This document shows, piece by piece, positions 1-13,900 of a DNA stretch of 64,000 nt. The translations under genes and the position numbers were made by a program. Every line of letters begins with the position of its first letter. Position 1 is the stretch's first letter. The DNA is from Balanoglossus misakiensis (Eukaryota > Animalia > Hemichordata), in contig CM082577.2 in NCBI GenBank assembly GCA_040954595.2, positions 9,387,846 to 9,451,845 of the forward strand. Reading direction: 5' to 3'. The notes beneath the pieces are model-generated. The model was not told where the DNA came from and did no database searches. It saw only the letters and a list, made by a program, of their open reading frames with translations.

Positions 1-387
1 GAAAAAAAAAATGATTTTCAATGGCTTGTCATGGAAAGCTAGCGAAGACACGCTAAGATAGACTTGGACGTTTCAAAACTGATGTCCATGGTTGTGTTGT
101 CTGAAAAGACATCTCTGACCATTACATTAGTAGGTACAGAATCCCCAATTTCTAACTTGCTCTATCATTTCAGCTAGTTCCATATACATGTATGTAGTAG
201 ACCAATCAGTTTTGCGTTATCCGGTATTGAGTCTAGAGTTAGGAATAGTTTTCTTCAGTACAGCCTCAACATTGGTAGAATAATGGAACGATGCCAACTT
301 TGGGTTGGCAAGTCCACAATGAAGTCATGTTATAATGTAACTTGGATAGTTCCACGATAAAATAGCCAGGTCACAATCTTTTCTCAC

Positions 388-3300
388 CTGCTCAAATCCG
401 CCCAGTAGTTCAGTGGTATCCATGGCGCTGTTCATGGCCATCACTTGCAACCTGTGCCCAGTCAGCTGTGCCAGGAGTTGCACCAGTGACGTCTTTCCGC
501 TGGAATGTGGACCAACCTGCAATGGCCATCAGTAGTTGATTAAAGTTCATGTACGAATTTGTGTATTAAAATTTTAATTCTATTGATGAATCAGCATAAC
601 TCAATTCTGATTATCATTATCCACTACATAATGAAATTGCCACAGTTTTTTAAAAAGCTTTTAGTCAATTTGAGGATTTCTTAAAAATTTCTGATTCAGC
701 CCTATACCTTTGCATGTAGTGTGGACAATTTTCTTGAGTCACCAGTGAGTTTGTTGAGTCAGTGGCGGGTCATATGGGCTTAGAGGGCACACAACACTGA
801 ATCATACAATATTTCTCATGTTCTAATCAACAAAATTTGTACACCTACCAGAATGGCCATCCAGTTCATCTCAATGCATTTCATCAGAGCCTCCAACGGT
901 TCCAACAGATGATGCAGCAGTTTCAGGGGCATTCTCAGACTCACCGTGTGTAGAGTATCTTGTTGACTCCTCAGCAGGAACGAATGACCCGCCTGTCAAA
1001 TCATGAGATGCAAACAACATACTTAGATAGATTCTGATGATACACCAGGAGTGATAAATTTCTACACGGACTCTTTATCTGGAGATTACTCCCAAACTAG
1101 ATGCTACATGTATCTGTTGGTAAGATGTTGAGTGATGCCTTCATTTTACTTCAACACACTTCATTAAGACCCAAGATTCCGTACAGATCAGATGCCAAGC
1201 ACAAGCACTGAACTGAGAAAGCCAAAACATGGAACAAATGGCTCTGGTACAAATGCAACTGTCTGCTGATAAAAACACTGACCTGGCATAGAGTTTACAT
1301 GAAGCAAACAAATACAAAAATCTTACCTGCACAATTTCTGCCGTAATGTGGAACTGTCTGCTAGACCGGTACGGCTCTGCCCATTCTCCTTGCTGGTCAA
1401 ACACTGATGTGTACAGTTCCAACACCTACAGAAATGGAAAGACTCACATTATCGAAAAATGTCCATGCTTTGCTGGAGAAAAAAATGTCCAGACAAATTT
1501 TGTTGCATGTCTAATCTGTTGCCAGATTGTGTATCCGATATCACTCTTCTTTCTCAGTGATTGAGGGTTACTTGTTTTTGTTTATATATTGTTAAAGTCT
1601 CTCCCACATACAAATTACCTACATTTTCATACACACATTGTAATACAGACATATGACCACAACAGTGACAAAAATGCTACTTAGTATTGCTGTCAGCTCA
1701 CCTTCTCCTTGTCCTGTTTGCCTCTCATTCTTTGTCCGTAGATTAAATTGACGTGTTCGCCGGGATTCCGCTGCATGCTGTCTTGGTTTTGCGTCATCAG
1801 GTCGCACCACCTGAACAGGTCCCTCAGGTTGAACTCCCAGGGTCCTCCTCTCTGACCCCACTGGCATGTTACCATGGTTACATCATACAGCTGTTTAAGT
1901 CAACAAAAAAGACAAGAGAAATATTGAAATGATTAAACAATGTAACTCATGACATTGTGACTGTTCTCTCTTAAAACCACAGTAGTGCATCTGTCTGGAG
2001 TGATGTACTGGTAGATTTTTCTCGTGCTCAGATTTCCGAGCATGTCTGTTACCAAGAGATCCAATGGAAACATACATCCATACATACATCCATACATACA
2101 TGTAAAGACGCAACTGATTCCATAAGGTCCCATGTACTAGTATATACATACCAAATGGGACCTAAAATATGAAAACATCACCATCAAGATGTACACAGAC
2201 ATAAGTATATGTTGATGGCATCATACCTTGTTGTTGAATTCAATCATCTTCTTCAACATCTCCACTCCGATGGATGGGTACATGGTGTGTGCGATGAACA
2301 ACAGATCAGCGGGTGACAAAGGCTCTATATGAACCTGAAATGAGACAGATCGATGTTATGAAGTTTCACCATCTCTGTCAACAAAGTCCACATCACATTA
2401 CATGTAATCACAAATAAATACATGAATAAATAAAACTGGTTTTTCATCTACATTGTACTTCACAGTAGCAATTTGACAGCAACATTCATTTTCTAGGTAA
2501 AAAAAGATGTTGTGGTCTTCCTAGCCTTGTCATTTCTTTTTTCATGTAAATATTGCAATATGGTCAACATTCATGTGTCCGGGGAGCCAGGACCATCCAA
2601 CTTAGGGAGTTCACACTATCTCACCTGAGTGAATCTGTTCAGGAACGACTTAGGGAGTCCTTTCCTTCCACCGCCTTGGTTCAGAGGATTCTGACACGCA
2701 AATATCCTGGTTTTCTGGTGTTGGATGTGGAACGTTTTCCCCAGCTCGGGGACGAACACTTCAGCCCTGTGGTCCAGGCAGGCATTCAGTCCTTCCAACA
2801 CCGACTGCGATGCCAGGTTCAACTGTGTGGGGAGGACAATCAATCACTGATCAGAAGCCTGTGACATGTACAAATGTATTGTTTTGCCCGTACACTTCAA
2901 GATGTTTGACCAACACAGCTTGCATAGCTTGGAACACTCACATTTGTGAATGAAATTGAGATTGCTGCAGTAGCCCTGCTTTGGTCTAAATTCACTGTTT
3001 TCTGCGGCCAAGTTGGACATTTACAGAGGGAAACAGGGGTGAACGGGTTAAAGTTAGCCCCAATTTTTCATTTGCCAAACCTCACAGTCAAGACACCATT
3101 TGAAAAACTCAGACACTTGTAACTACAGGAGTGCATTTGTCAACTTTTTTCTGTCAACATTGGCACTGCTAACCACAATATAACATCAGGGCATCCACTC
3201 ACCTCGTCTAAGACCACCCAGTGTCCCGCCTTGAGAGCTCTCAGCAAAGGACCATCTCTCCAGGCAAACTGACCGCCCTCACCTCCTTCCACAGGCAGGT

Positions 3301-4837
3301 CAGCACCAAACAGATCAGTCACATCCTATAAAGGTCATAGGTCATGATTAATAACATACAGAGAAGATTGATGTAGTGCAAACAAATGTTCTCTTTCCAC
3401 AACTTTCTAGCATTAAGAAATAGCCACAATTTTCATATGTACATGTACATACATACCAAATAAATGGTGTAAGAGCAATAAATTCATTTCTCAGTTTGTT
3501 ACAAGAGAAGACAGTCTTGTAGAAATGCAGTGCTGACAATCAATATGGAGTATGACGCACTAAAACAGGTACAGCATGGTACATTTACAGTCCATAAATA
3601 AGCAAGGATTTTACTATTTTCAGTGACGGTTTTATGCAGCATCAATGGTTCCCTCCAGTGTTCAATATTACAAGGCAACTTTACTTACCGTCTGTTCCGA
3701 CAGATTGATCCTGACAAACTCGTGCCCAGACGCTCTCGCCATTGCGGTCACAAGGCTGGTCTTGCCGACTCCTGGAGAGCCTTCCAACAAGATGGCTTTT
3801 GGCAGCTGCATGGCTCTCAACAGTCTCTGTGCATTCATGGCTGTGGTTGGTGCATGTATTGCATAGTTCTCCTGGCCCGTACAGCAGGCAGATGGCCCTA
3901 GTGGAAGAGAGTGTTGGTGTGTAGGTCAAATAACTGAATGTGTAATGCTTAAAATGGCATATTCTTTTGCACTGCAAAAAATTCAGCTTTTTTATGGTCT
4001 CAGAACACTGCTTTCATACAGGTATAACTCGCATGGTGAAATCTCACTGGGTACAAAATTTGCCATCAGACAAGACTTGCAAATGCCACTATCTACATGT
4101 ATCTGCACTTGAACCATTTTCACCACCATGGTTAGGTCCTTATCAATTATTCTTATCTAAAGTAAAGTTAGACCTCTACATAGGAAAATAGGGGTAAAGG
4201 GGTGAAACTATACTGAGAATGAAAGCCTTATGAGGTTAATATAGGAAGGCACACACTAAGTTTGGAGCATGTTGGCAGGTTAGCTTAACTTCTCTCCAAA
4301 ACAATGTAAATGCCTATAATAATACATGTACATGTACATGTGTAGTTACTAGTATCCACTATATCATTTGAATGCATTTTCCCCTGATAGATGGTTTCCT
4401 TGTCTGAAGGGGACTGACATCTAGCTGTACACCACCAACCAGATGTTAATTATCCTTCATGTTACTTTAGCACACTGTAGGAAGATCCAGGATTTCACAG
4501 AAATCAGAAATCTGGATGGCAAATATGTGTGCATCGTTCTCAGAAATATCCCAAGATCAAACAGTGAGGATTGTTACCTCTTGGTATGAAGAAAGGCTGT
4601 ATTCCAAAGACTTCATCAGTAAGTACCACTGGATTGCTATTTGCAGAGCTGTCTGAGTTTGAGGTGATCGACAAGGATGAGATGTCTATCTCCTCTGCTG
4701 TCATTTCCAGCATCTTTTTCCTGAGAAACTGCAGACACATGGTTCTAGCTTCGTGAGGTAGTATCGATGAGCTGCTGGTTGTTCCTGTGTGGAGAAGAAG
4801 ATTAAGATCGTTTCTTAGAATAATTGCATCATAATCA

Positions 4838-4904
<67 letters not shown>

Positions 4905-7900
4905 CCAGAGGCTGACCCATCCGAGAAGATTTATAGATCCTGTTCGTTTATACATTACATATCCTGGAACTCATCATTCCTGAACACTGTTTCTCCCCCC
5001 ACTTTTTTGAATTTGTTGGAATTTTGTATTTAAGTGTAAATTTTCCTTTTTAATTTTTGGAATAAAGTTCCATTTAAAAGTAAAAAAAAAGTCATTATTA
5101 ATCAGTAGTAACAGCATCTGATGATAATGATGCCCACAAGAACAATGACGAAGACAACAACAACATATATGAAAGACACACACACTGTATCCTGTCATTA
5201 TTATACACACCTGTACCAAGGCCATCCAGAAACACCAGACATGCACCATGGATGAAGGCAACAGCTGGGTCCAACACCCTACTACGAGTTTTATCACCCG
5301 CCTTCTCTGTACACACAGTGTTGACAAACTCAACCCACGACAGTATGTCTCTGATACTAACAGTACACCTGAAAAATCAAGATTCATCAATGCACATTCA
5401 GGCAACAATGAATACTATGAATGACACAAGAGAGAGAGACACAACACCAATAATGGAGAACTGTGACAATGTTGTCTGAAGGAGAATGACAGTCTAGCTG
5501 TGAGGCATCAACTAGATGTTAATTAATCCTTCATTTTTATTTAGCACACTGTAGGAAGATCCAGGATTTCACGGAAATCGATAGAAATCTGGATGGCAAA
5601 TATGTGCAGAAGATGCTATGAAATATTCAAAAAATACTTAAATACAAATATATGTACATTGTACTTATTTGACAGATAAAGCCTTCGAATGTTTTCACAA
5701 TGCATACCCATATTGTTTGAATGTTTATCAAATTCATTTCTGCCATAATTTAATTTGAGTTATCACTGAAAATTCAAGGTCCATGAAAATGACTTGGTAG
5801 GGGTTCAAATTCTAGTGTAGAACATTTTCAATGAATTCTAAAAGAACAAAAGTTTCGATAGTAAATACTGTCAGGGGAAAGGACTGGCAACGTAGACATT
5901 GAACAAGATGCATCATAACATCTTTGCAAAATGTGTTAGTGAAACTTCATCTGTAATACTTAAGCTTCACTGCACAGACAGTTGATCTAACCTTTTGCCG
6001 GCTTCATTGTTGGAGAACCACTCCACAAAATCCATGACCGCATTCCCTAATCCACTAGTTCCGTCTTCCTGGTTACAGAGTTGTATTCCCGGCGATAGGT
6101 TATGCTCAATGATCTTCACAAGGTCCTCTCTGTCGTTGGACTGGGGACACCAGATTTCGGTGAATCGGTTCCGCAGGGCCGGTGACAACTACAGCAAACA
6201 AAAGGAAATGCATGAGACTATAACCTTGTTCTCACTGGGTGTTTTTCTTAGGACATTGCCCGGTCTGAGATAAATCTCTGTAAATGCAGGAGATTGGCAA
6301 AACTGTGTGCGTCCACATGCTCAAGTTTAGGTTGTTTTGAAATTGACACTGACCTAAGTGGCCTCTACGGTCATGGTGGGCAACACTATGTTGATACAAT
6401 CTCTTTGTATTTGTCTTGTCTTCTGCCTTTATAATTAAAACCTGGGCTTTTGCCATTAACCCTTTATAAAACACACACTGTAGATTACAATAATTGAAGA
6501 TGTTCTTCTACTACTGGTAATGTCCAAGCATAAGGAAATGAACAGAAAAACCAACCAGACTACATCACATGAAATTTCTTGGTGTACTTTACCTCTTTCT
6601 TGCCGAAGTCTCCTCCTGGATTCATCGTGCCAACTACTCTGAACGTTTCCCCGGCGACGATTTGCTCCACATCACTCTCAAGACTTTCACCGCTACCCTT
6701 CTCGGCCAACAGAAGGGTCTTCTCGGGCTCCAAGACGCTGTTCAGTCTCTCCAAGACGGAGTCGTCAGCCAGTGAGATTTCGTCTACCAGGAAAGCTGCA
6801 CCCTCCCTCATTGCCAACACCAGAGGGCCGTCGCACCATTCAAAGAGTCTTTGGTTTTCTTCAGAGTCCTGTTTGCAGCGATTTTATTTATTTTTCAGAA
6901 AATTTTATAAATGATTTTTTACAAAACAGGTACATGTATTTATAATGTACATTGATTCCCCATGTGACTTACCTGATCATCTTGTCTGTGTCTGACCGGT
7001 CTCAGACCTCCCAAGAAATCGGACGTTTCAGTATGAAGATGGCAATTCACTGTATACAGCTTCTGTTTAGCCAAGGCAGCAAACAGCTGACAGATGGTAG
7101 TTTTACCACATCTGTACGATATTACGGTAGAAAGAAGATAAAACTGAAAATCACTCCATGAATCTGAAGAGAACTTCCCTTGGGATAATCAATGGTTTCC
7201 ATTCCCTTCCACAATTTTTTGAAAAAGATTGGAAATGTGTTACCCCACAGTCACAAAAAGGGATACAAAAGATTTGTACTGCCATGGCAGGCTGGAGAAT
7301 GAAAGACTTCAGAGGGACAAAGGAATAGAAATGAAATCAAACAAGAGTACCTTCGCATGGAAAAAGTACACTCACTATTTTCAAAAATCTTTGCCCACAT
7401 ATTTCTCATTGTTTGAAATCAGCAATGAAAATAGAAATCATAATTGACTTCATTTGACATTTGAGTCAAAATTGGCAGATTCACTGTTCTCTCCTCCCAA
7501 ACCCCAACCTCCAATCCCACAACTATCCTTCCCTCTCCCCCATCTATTCCCACAGAAGTATCGTCTCGCTTACCCAGTCTCTCCCACCAACAACACAGGT
7601 TCCCGGAACTTCATGGCCTGTCCTGCCAGCACGGCCAGTCTCCTCATCCCGTGCGTCCACACGATGTGGGAGAACCCTTCCGGTGGCTGCTGCATCACTT
7701 CCTTCAGGACCGGCAGCGACGTGGCCGAGGCTTCTCCCGACGAGCCGAACAGCTTGGCCGGATCCACTTTGCGCTTCAGGTGTTTCTGCAGAACTTCCTG
7801 GATCACAAGCTGCTCTTCCGGTCGCCTCACTTTGCCGGCGAGCAGCATGTAACCTGAAGAACGAAAGGAAGGGAAATAAAAATAGCGCTCCGGGCACTGG

Positions 7901-10900
7901 TGCTCTACTGACATTACACGTACAGTGTATTTGCTAAACCCTTTATTTTGGAGAATATAATAGAAACTTATTATCATAACAATTGAGTATATTGTTATGT
8001 AAATTAGCTGATACTCTGTTAGCAATTCCTGGGGAGAACACTAATGTATCTACTGTAATATCATGACGGTCTAATGAAAATCAAATGTATAGCTTAACAG
8101 AATCAGTTTGGCAGCATGCACCAGCAGAAAAATTGCAACACCCCATTAAAAATGAATGATGCTTCAGGTCCATGAACAGAGTCTGCCGGTGAACTACCTT
8201 CATCGGCCAGGTGTTGGTCCCAGTCGTAGAACTTCTCCTCGATCATTGCACTGGCCAGTCTGTACCTCTCAGCCCATCTGAACAGATCCCTCAGTGTGAT
8301 GTAACCCTGCTTGCCGGCAAATACGCCTGACCCTCGCCTCCTTGCCTGGAATGACGGGACACCAACAGAGTTTCAGAATCTCTCTCTCAAAGAAGGGGTC
8401 ATATAAAACTTTCCATAAATATGAATGTTAAAAGGACAAAGTCTCTCTCTTGCTGTCCTTTTTTCCATTAATTATTATTCTACATGTAAATATATAGAGA
8501 ATCAACGTTCGACCACACACAACTTCCATCCCACTTGTAGACACGAGAGTGAAAAACTCGCCAAAATTAATTATCAGTCTCTACTGTTTATTCATTTTGG
8601 CGAGATTTTTACTCTCATATCCTACAAACGGGATGGAAGTTGTGTGTGGTCAAACATTGATTCACTATATATCCACATGTAGAATAACATTACCGGTGTC
8701 TTGTATCAAACATAGTTAATGGAAAAGGGCAGCTAGAGAGAGACTTTGTCCATTTAATGTAAAGTACAGTACAGACAAAGGTTTGCGTTGAGACTCTCAC
8801 CTGCAGATCCAACAAGACGGCAACCATTCTCTTGCAGTAGGACAGCGGTATTTCACATCTCTCGTGCAGTATGGTTTCCAACTCTCTGCTTGGGATCTCG
8901 TCGAAGTGAAGCTCTACGAACCGATTCCTGAACGCTCTTGATAAAACCTGTATTGAAAGTCCAAAATCAGTAAAAATGTCCGAGGTTTTTTTTTTAAATA
9001 TTGGTCTGGCTGCTTTTGTTGTATGGTTCTTTTAAGGCTCAGTTAAGTATGATTGAGACTGTCAGCCTGAAAGAACTACACGTACATGTATTAGATGGGG
9101 GAGGGGCCTTTCCATGAGTTCAAATGTTCTCCAAGTTCCTCTTGGGTGAATGTATTTACTTGACGTACCTTTCTTCCTCCGTACAAGCCGGGCGGATTCT
9201 GAGTTGCAAACAACATGAACCTTTTGTGTGCTTTCACAGTCTCTTGTGTCTCTGGTATGAAGAGTTCCCTGTTATCATCAAGAAGCTGAAGGAAATGAAG
9301 AAGATACGAAAATGAACGATACACTCTTCAAATGACATGTCCATGCAACAATTGGCCCTCTAAAAAGCCTATACCGCAATGATCCTACAAAATAAGTCAA
9401 TGTCAAAATTCTGACAGTGTAGTCATTGGAATATGTAGTTTGCAATTTCAAGTTGTTTGTACAGGAAGTGAAAATTATATAATAATAATCCTCCGTGTGT
9501 ACTGCTTAAGCCACATTGAAAAGTATAGATTTAATCCAAACAGTGGTAACAGGTAAAACTTGACATGCTAGAAATATTAAGCAAAACCTGTAAACTTTAT
9601 AAGATTTCTGGATGTCAATACACAAGTACCGGATGATATTTCCTGAATTTCCATGAAAAACATCTTTTTTCCACTTGCATTTGTTGTAGAGATCACACAA
9701 GAACAGACACTTACTCTGTTGAGGGCTTCCAACACATCTGTCGGGGCCAAGTTCAACTCGTCCAAGATGATCCAATGACCCTTGCGCATGGCATCAACCA
9801 GAACACCTGGCAAGACGAGAGATTCAAATGAAGCGATCATGAAAAAGGTGATTCTGCTGTTTCCCACTGAATCAGGAATGTCAGAATGAAATCAGACTGA
9901 TCTAAAATAAGACATCGCATAAATACCTTCTTTGAAAACCAGCTTGCCAGTTTCGTCAGCAGCATAGAATCCAACATATTCCTGCAAGTCCGTGTGCTCA
10001 TGGTTGTTGACTCTGACGCAGTGGTTGGCGGTAACTTTGGCGAGCCAACTGACAAGACTAGTCTTCCCGACCGATGTTTCTCCCTGCAGGAGCACTGGGT
10101 ATCGCCTGTTGGGTGATAAAAGGTACACAAAGTGTACAGTTTTAGATGCTGACTCACTTCAAATTTGCTGGTTCAAAGACTGCTTGTTGCAGTGATTTTA
10201 TCCGCTGCACAAATACATGATCCGATCAGTAACAACAGAGATTTACTTTCAAGGTGACAGGTGAATTTGATGATAAATTTAATCAAATATCTGGACTAGA
10301 TGACTCCTTTGGGCTAAAAAAAACAGGTTCCTCACATTGTACAGTTCCTACAAAGACATACAACCTGGACAACTGGGGTGTGAAGTTGACTCACAAATTT
10401 GTTAACACCGACCGACTTTCTTAACACAGAAACTGATCTGCACTCTTACCCAGCAGATGTAATCCTGCACAGATCCCGGAGATTGGCTCTCACAGAGCGC
10501 GTCAAAATATAGTTCTTGGGGACCACCAGTTCAGCGTCTCCCATGGCAACCCAGTACCCTTCCATTTTGGTGAAATGGCCGTCGGCTGGGGGCGGCAGTG
10601 GCTGCTTCAGAACCCCCTTGATGTTGCTCTTCCCGATGATGTGTCTACAGATGAGCTGCTCGACGACCGGGTGGGAGGACCTGTCCAGTTGGGTCAGGAA
10701 ACTTAGGCAGAAACTCTTCGGGGGAGAATACAGAAAGTGAGAAGAAAGTGCAACAAAATCCTTTGCAGCAGAAAATAGGAGCTTTGTATGTACTGTATCT
10801 CTCCAGTGAAGATAGTGGGGTTGTGGATAGTACAATTGGATTTTAGGAAAATGGAGACTATCTGGTGTTAATATGTTAATTGATTGTATTGTTATGTAAA

Positions 10901-13900
10901 TTAGCATTATCAAAGAATACTGGGGTAGTGTTTCCCTTCACACTCATACTTTAATTACGTCAATGTCATTTTTTTCTGTAGTAATCAAGTAAACATATTT
11001 CCCTTTTTCTACAAGCCTCTGTCCATAAAAACATTTTGGTAATTTTTTTTTAAAGAGGGCTTCATACATGTATGAATCATGAACTACTCACCTCATATAG
11101 ACATCTTGGAATATTTCCATAGGGGTTGAGTGCAGCTTGTCTCAATGCTCTACACAAAGTACGTAAGCTAAAAAAACAAAAAATAGTAAAATAAATAAAT
11201 TAATTATGACTATACACCCAAGGAAATACATATTTGCTGCTTCTCCTGAGATCATCTTCTAAGATTTGGGATCATGGCTAAAAAGAAACTCCAACTTCAG
11301 GTAGAAATGGCAGCACCTGATTGAAAGATTTTCTATTACAGGTCACAGTTTTTCTTACCTGTAGTGTGGCCTATGCCCAGTCCCATCTGTCAACTTTTTC
11401 ACAGCTTCATTTCTGACTATCAGGTAAAACCTGGAAATAATGGTGGGAAATAATTCAAAGATGAAGAATTGTCACTATGGCATTGCCAAGATGTCACCAT
11501 TGCATAAAAAATCAATGTCACCTATCAAAGATGCTGTTGCACATTGCCCAGTCTTACTGACTTACCAATATTTCTGTAAGGTCTGTGGTGTACAGGTCAT
11601 GGCCGACATCCTGTACTTCTAGTAATATAATTAGTGTTTTTCCTCAATATAATAACAGAATGTGTTGATTTGTTTCAACTTACTTGACGATGCCTTCAAC
11701 TTGGGCCGCAGTGAGAGAAAGACCCTTCAGGTAGCTGTTAACAAGCACCTTCAAATCAGAAACTTCTTCCAGCTCATCAACGTAGAACTCTGTAAATCTA
11801 AACAAATCACAGATAAATCTTAGATTTTGTCCATGGCATTGCTTCTAGGTGAGGTAGCAATGTTTGGATTACCACTTGTTAACTGATAGAACACATATCT
11901 CAATCCAATGTCTACAGGCAGGCGTAATGTACATGTACACAAATGGCATGAAAGGCTTGACCATTTCCATTCGACTCTCTATATTTCTGGGTACTACTGA
12001 GGTAAACATACCTGTTCCTGACTCCGGGGGGCAGGTCTTTCTTGCCAACATCTGTGGCTGGGTTCATGCAAGCAAAGAGGCGGAAATCCTCATTTCTCAC
12101 AACTGGCTCTGTGTCCCTGTAAAACACAAACTCATCAGTTTAGAAGACCAATACTGCAAGTTTTTTTTCTTTACAGTGAAAAAGGAAAACTAACTAGATT
12201 TAATATTTTTGAGTGTCTACGACGGCGATGAACATCTGTGTTGCAGTCTTACCCTCTCTCCAGGAGAACCACGGATCCAGACTTGCTCTCCAGCAAGCCG
12301 CTCAGACATTCCAGAGTCTCCGCCGTCGCCAAGTTGATCTCATCCAACAGAACCCATTCGCCACTCTTCAGAGCTTTGACGAGTGTACCCTGAGGAGAAG
12401 GAAGACATCAACATGTACTGCATGAGCTGACTACCCTCAGAAAAATTCAAAGGGGAGGGCTCTCTCACTCCCCTCTCCCCTTCTCTCTGCCTCCCTCCCT
12501 ACCCCTTTCTACTTTACTTTCCCTTCTTTCTCTCTCTCTCCCTCCCTCCCTTCCTCCCCTACTACAACTGCAGTTAGCACTCCCTCCACCTTGGCTACTA
12601 CACATTAAAATCACACACCCACACTAATGGCACTTTGGACACTGTCAGTGAAACCAGGGTATACTAGAAGCGTTCCCACTGATCACACTAATTATACACA
12701 CCAAATGTTGTAATCACTGACCTCAATGAAGGAAAATGCCAAAGCACTTTCTGCATGCTTGACCTGAGTCTTCAGTTGGTGGAGTCTTCTCCCCATTTGC
12801 TGCCAGTCCGACTTCAAAGCACCCTCCGGGTCAGATGAATCTGTGTGGTACACAGTATAAAATGTGCATACATTTGTATTCAGTCTGTGGTAATTTATTT
12901 CAGAGCCTGTTTGTTGGTTCTATCACTGAAATCTGTCATTTTCCACGTGGTTACTCAGTGTTTTTTGCTAACATTGTGGAAAGCTGCCAAATGACTTGGG
13001 AACCATATAGTATCACTTCATCTACCCATCAACAATGTGTTTTGAGACACCCATACATAACTCAGGATTTATATACCCAGCAGAGAACCAGTAAAGCACT
13101 TGATTGTGATAACACTTTTGCTAACAACCACAGAATCTATACTCTTCATGTGTATTCCAAACAGGAGATGCCAAAGGTCACATAGGTCAAAGGCAACTGA
13201 CATGTCAACAACAGACAGAATATCAGTCACACCACAGAAATAGTCAACATGCATACCATTACCAGCTGCCTTCTGTTCGCATCTCTTCACGGCCGACTCC
13301 GAAACATGAGAGATCAGCTTGAACAGGTCTTCCCATTTCCTTTTGGCAAAACAATCTTGGACGTGTCCCAGGAACTTGGTGTTCTGCTTTCTGGAGAACG
13401 TTTTGCAGAACAGGGCTTCGAAGTCTTCCCTGAACGGTACCACAAGCTGCCTCACGTCGACTGGTTTATAACTGGGAAAACGAATAAACATACGTATGAA
13501 ATAAGTTTGAGTGGTACTATGCAGAAGTGGAGTTGTATTTTCAAAATATTTCCTGCAGGACTCACCCTCCCAGCAAATCGGTGCTGTCACTTTGTTGGTT
13601 CATGTTGATGACCTTCAACCTGTGACCTGTGACCTCAGCGAGGTACTGCACGGACGACGTCTTTCCAGTGCCGGTCTCGCCGACCAACAGAACCGGCTCG
13701 TTGTTGGAGACACACACGGCCACTCGCTCAATCAACGCCGAGGTGTGTCTGGTGTGGGCAAATGTTGAAGGTGTAGTCCTGTGGTGTGGGGAAAAAAATA
13801 AGGCAGAAAGTCAGTAAAAAGCCCTGATATAATAACAGCTTTTAACTTCTGTACATAAGATAGGCCCCTTTCAAATGAAGTGCATGTGATCTGTCAGTGA

